From a virus (taxonomy: Duplodnaviria; Caudoviricetes), in the IMG/VR virus record IMGVR_UViG_3300037046_000017, positions 1 through 36,463 of that record: DNA of 36,463 nt; one strand, given 5' to 3'. Shown here one piece after another: positions 33,410-36,463 of the stretch. The stretch's first letter is position 1; every line of letters begins with the position of its first letter. The notes under the pieces were generated by a model, which worked only from the letters and a program-made list of their open reading frames with translations, had not been told where the DNA came from and made no database searches. A program made the translations under genes and the position numbers.

Positions 33410-34366
33410 ATGGCAGCGAAGAAGAAGGCCGCAGCCGAGGCCACGGGGCAGGTTGCCCAAGCCGCACAGCCGGCGTCGGTCATCGTGGCCTACAAGGGCT
33501 TCAACACCGACTGGACGTGCCGCGGCTTCCAGTACGAGATCGGCAAGAGCTACGAGCACGACGGCGAAGTCCACGCGTGCAACAGCGGCTTCCACGCCTG
33601 CGAGCATCCGCTGCACGTGCTGAGGTACTACCGGCCGGCGTTCTCGAAGTTCGCGATCGTCGAGCAATCCGGCGAGGTCAGCCGCCACGCTGACGACAGC
33701 AAGGTCGCCAGCTCGCGCATCGCGGTCAAGGCCGAGATCGACATCGCAGGCCTGGTGAAGGCGGCGATCAAGTACACGATGGACCGCTGCACGCTTGCCG
33801 ATGGCGCGAGTAGCGATCAGGACAATGCGTCGGTCGCGACGGGGGGCAAGAACAAGTCGGCCACGGCGAGCGGCTACTCCGGCGCGGCCACGGCGAGCGG
33901 CGACTCCGGCGCGGCCACGGCGAGCGGCTCCTACGGCGCGGCCACGGCGAGCGGCGACTCCGGCGCGGCCACGGCGAGCGGCTACTCCGGCGCGGCCACG
34001 GCGAGCGGCGACTCCGGCGCGGCCACGGCGAGCGGCGAATCCGGCGCGGCCACGGCGAGCGGCTCCTACGGCGCGGCCACGGCGAGCGGCTCCTACGGCG
34101 CGGCCACGGCGAGCGGCTCCTACGGCGCGGCCACGGCGAGCGGCGACTCCGGCGCGGCCACGGCGAGCGGCTACTCCGGCGCGGCCACGGCGAGCGGCAG
34201 AAACGGCAAAGCCAGGGGCGCCATCGGCTGCGCGATCTTCCTGACCCGTCGCGACCTTAATCGTGCCATCACGCACGTCTATGCCGGCATCGTTGGCCAG
34301 GGCGGCATCAAGCCGGACACGTTCTACACGCTGGACGGCAGCGGCGCGCCGGTGGAGGTGGGGTGA
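33410..34366 (+). CDS. DUF7666-like phage protein with 9-aa Gly/Ser/Ala repeats
   Basis: AYKGF...CRGFQYEIG...CNSGFHACEHPL N-domain; IKPDTFYTL C-terminal motif. Confidence 0.85.
   Translation: MAAKKKAAAEATGQVAQAAQPASVIVAYKGFNTDWTCRGFQYEIGKSYEHDGEVHACNSGFHACEHPLHVLRYYRPAFSKFAIVEQSGEVSRHADDSKVASSRIAVKAEIDIAGLVKAAIKYTMDRCTLADGASSDQDNASVATGGKNKSATASGYSGAATASGDSGAATASGSYGAATASGDSGAATASGYSGAATASGDSGAATASGESGAATASGSYGAATASGSYGAATASGSYGAATASGDSGAATASGYSGAATASGRNGKARGAIGCAIFLTRRDLNRAITHVYAGIVGQGGIKPDTFYTLDGSGAPVEVG
33860..34198 (+). repeat. 12.5 tandem 27-bp repeats GCCACGGCGAGCGGC-N6-GGCGCG
   Basis: Invariant 21 nt; variable hexamer TACTCC/GACTCC/TCCTAC/GAATCC. Confidence 0.95.
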
Positions 34367-34728
34367 TGGGCGACCTTCTGCACGCCCTGCGCGACCGCCA
34401 GCCGCTACCCCGCGGCCCGTACCCGACAGCGACGTGGCCCGAAGGCCTGACGCATCTGCAGCCTGCCGCCCAGGTCGCGTCGAATGGCCAGAAGCCCGAG
34501 CGCATCGCCGCCGTGCAGGCCATGGGTGCCGAGTGGCTCATCGCATTCGAGATCGATGGCCCGCATGAAGCCCAGCACTACCAGGTCGGCACGCTGCGTT
34601 CACTGCCGGCCCGCGCGCTGGTGGACAAGGTGAAGCTGGGCGGGAAGTGGTTCGACGCCGCAGAGGCGGTGCCGAACTACGTGGACGCCATCCAGGAAGC
34701 GCTGGACGCGATGGAGTGGAACGCATGA
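34366..34728 (+). CDS. Hypothetical protein
   Basis: GGAGG RBS, TGATG coupling. Confidence 0.7.
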   Translation: MGDLLHALRDRQPLPRGPYPTATWPEGLTHLQPAAQVASNGQKPERIAAVQAMGAEWLIAFEIDGPHEAQHYQVGTLRSLPARALVDKVKLGGKWFDAAEAVPNYVDAIQEALDAMEWNA

Positions 34729-34895
34729 GCCCGGCCGAGTCCGACGATCTGGCCCAGGCAATCAACGCCCGTAACGCCCGCATTCAGGCCGGCGTCGACG
34801 CGCTGCTGATGAGCGCCGCCCGCTGGGCCGTGTCGATCATCGGTGGCGCCACGCTGGGCCTGTACGCCATCAACGTGGTGTGGGGTGGCGCATGA
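34725..34895 (+). CDS. Small single-TM protein
   Basis: ATGA coupling; WAVSIIGGATLGLYAINVVW. Confidence 0.65.
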   Translation: MSPAESDDLAQAINARNARIQAGVDALLMSAARWAVSIIGGATLGLYAINVVWGGA

Positions 34896-35137
34896 CGCCC
34901 TACATGCCCATGGACGCCGACGGCGACCCGCTGGCGCGCTGCCTGGCCGACTGCTGCTGCGACACCGCGTCGATGCCGCTGGACAAGCCGGCGCGCGCAC
35001 TGGACGTCGAGGCGTTGCTGGCCAGCGGCGCCATGGAAGGCCCGTTCTTCCGCCCGCACCCGATCACCCTGACCTGGCGCGTGCGCATCGTGCGCGCGCT
35101 GCGTCGACTCCTCAACCTGCCCCGGAGCATTCTGTGA
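34892..35137 (+). CDS. Hypothetical protein
   Basis: Coupled at both ends. Confidence 0.6.
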   Translation: MTPYMPMDADGDPLARCLADCCCDTASMPLDKPARALDVEALLASGAMEGPFFRPHPITLTWRVRIVRALRRLLNLPRSIL

Positions 35138-35961
35138 ACGCACTCGATCGCATTGCAGTGGCCGCGCCGCTGGTCTTCATCCGCGCCAGCTCGCTGGGCG
35201 AGATCTTCGACTGCCCTGCCCGCTGGGCCGCCAAGAACCTCGAAGGCCTGCGCATGCCGCGCAGCGTCGCGGCGCAGCTGGGCACGGCGGTGCACGCCGG
35301 AACGGCTGTCTTCGACACATCACGCCTGCCCGGCGGCAGCCCGGTGAGCGCCGACGACGCCGCCGGCGCGCTGGTCGACGCCATCCACAAGCCCGAGGAA
35401 GAAGTCGACTGGGAAGACAGCGCGCCCAACGACGTCGAGCGCATCGCGCTGGCGCTTCACACCAAGTACTGCGCCGACGTGGCGCCGACGCAGATCTACC
35501 GCGGCGTCGAGGTCGCGTGCGAGAAGCTCGAGCTGCCCGACCTTGGCATCGCACTGACCGGCACGACCGACCGCGTGCGCGAGACGCCGGCCGGCCTGGG
35601 CATCACCGACCTGAAGACCGGCAAGACCGCGGTCAACACCGAAGGTCGGGCCAACACGCAGGGCCACGGCCCCCAGCTCGGCGTGTACGAGCTGCTGGCC
35701 GAACACGCCATGGGCCTGCACATCACCGCGCCGGCGCAGATCGTCGGCATGAACACCGGCAAGACCGCGGCCGCGCAGCGCGTGGGCACCGGCGAAGTGC
35801 AGGACGCGCGCGCCGCGCTGGTGGGCACCGAAGAAGAGCCGGGCCTGCTGCAGCATGCCTCGCGGCTGATCCACAGCGGGGCCTTTTTCGGCAACCCGAA
35901 GAGCTACCTCTGCGGCCCCAAGTACTGCCCGGCGCACCCGACGTGCCGCTTCAAGGGCTAA
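35134..35961 (+). CDS. PD-(D/E)XK (RecB/Cas4-like) exonuclease with four-Cys cluster
   Basis: RASSL...DCPARW, GTAVH, GTTD...ITDLKTG, QLGVY, C-terminal CGPKYCPAHPTC. Confidence 0.88.
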   Translation: MNALDRIAVAAPLVFIRASSLGEIFDCPARWAAKNLEGLRMPRSVAAQLGTAVHAGTAVFDTSRLPGGSPVSADDAAGALVDAIHKPEEEVDWEDSAPNDVERIALALHTKYCADVAPTQIYRGVEVACEKLELPDLGIALTGTTDRVRETPAGLGITDLKTGKTAVNTEGRANTQGHGPQLGVYELLAEHAMGLHITAPAQIVGMNTGKTAAAQRVGTGEVQDARAALVGTEEEPGLLQHASRLIHSGAFFGNPKSYLCGPKYCPAHPTCRFKG

Positions 35962-35993
35962 CCGATCACCACCACCGACAAGGACAACGCCAC

Positions 35994-36463
35994 ATGGCTA
36001 CCGCATCCATCGCCCAACTCCGCACCCAGCAGAACGCCGACGCGGCCGCGCTGCTCAACCCGCTGCTGAACCAGCCGCACTACAGCAAGTTCGACCCCGA
36101 CGCCTGGCACGTCATGCAGGAGCGCGACAACGCGCTGATCCGTGACGAGCTGCTGCACGGCGCTGCGAGCAACGCCTTCGTCTACAGCTTCGACATCAAG
36201 GGCAGCAAGGTCACCGGCATCTCGGTGGTCGGCGCGCGCGAGCTGGCCAGCCAGTACAAGGGCATCAAGTCGCGCATCGTGGCCACCATCGAGAAGCGCG
36301 GCTCGCTGTTCATCTTCCGCACCTTCACGCCGCTGTCGATCGAGACGCGCGTGCTTCACGAGCTCGCCGACGAAGACGACTTCTACGAGTGCGTCATGGA
36401 GGTCAGCGACATCAAGACCGCCAACAGCATCGAGGTGCGCAAGAAGGAGAGCCGCACCGAGAA
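35994..36463 (+). CDS. N-terminal part of putative annealing protein (joins 2..586)
   Basis: AAGGA RBS, ATG 35994, open to contig end: MATASIAQLRTQ...FVYSFDIKGSKVTGISVVGARELA...; absent from the ORF track because it has no stop. Confidence 0.8.
   Translation, partial: MATASIAQLRTQQNADAAALLNPLLNQPHYSKFDPDAWHVMQERDNALIRDELLHGAASNAFVYSFDIKGSKVTGISVVGARELASQYKGIKSRIVATIEKRGSLFIFRTFTPLSIETRVLHELADEDDFYECVMEVSDIKTANSIEVRKKESRTE
36434..36463 (+). repeat. Terminal direct repeat copy 2
   Basis: Identical to 1-30. Confidence 0.97.

Larger units (their letters stand above)
1..36463. mobile_element. Complete circular temperate phage genome (podovirus-like, lambdoid-style regulation)
   Basis: Terminal 30-bp overlap joins an ORF in frame; integrase plus intact attP, cI/cro switch, terminase, portal, capsid and ejection-type proteins; no tape measure or sheath genes; no host genes. 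Confidence 0.95.

Noticed and set aside
33860-34198. CRISPR array or DGR template/variable repeat
   Set aside because: Variable part is only 6 nt and in frame within a gene; no reverse transcriptase or cas operon
35134-35961. CRISPR-associated Cas4
   Set aside because: No other cas genes; context is a recombination module

Overview
The window is an apparently complete, circularly assembled (30-bp end overlap; ~36,433 bp unique), very GC-rich temperate phage with short-tailed (podovirus-like) gene content. The host is probably a betaproteobacterium (inference from the LexA-like fragment, tRNA-His att core and composition). Layout: (i) a divergent cI/cro immunity switch at ~32.1 kb with four ATCGCC-N2-GGCGAT-type operators. 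(ii) A + strand early operon that wraps the contig end: repeat protein, PD-(D/E)XK nuclease, annealing protein, Rad50/SbcC-like ATPase, DEDDh exonuclease, LexA DNA-binding-domain-only protein, HNH, excisionase-like protein and tyrosine integrase, ending at an attP that carries the 3' half of tRNA-His. (iii) A long - strand arm: cro, CII-like, C5-MTase, DnaB-NTD/RepA-type helicase, iteron-like origin, RusA, TerS, TerL, Q-like protein, lipoprotein, late promoter/terminator, portal, a GH5-like glycosidase chimera, scaffold, SU10-type capsid, adaptor/nozzle and four ejection-type proteins. Highlights: an ejection-type protein whose two repeat arrays (9x9 aa and 9x18 aa) carry variants in exact mirror order; no recognisable endolysin; a GH5-like barrel interrupted by a phage-tail domain; a candidate structured ncRNA with an anti-SD loop; leaderless antisense membrane peptides; terminase genes upstream of the Q-controlled late promoter. 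All family calls are from motif recognition, not database searches.
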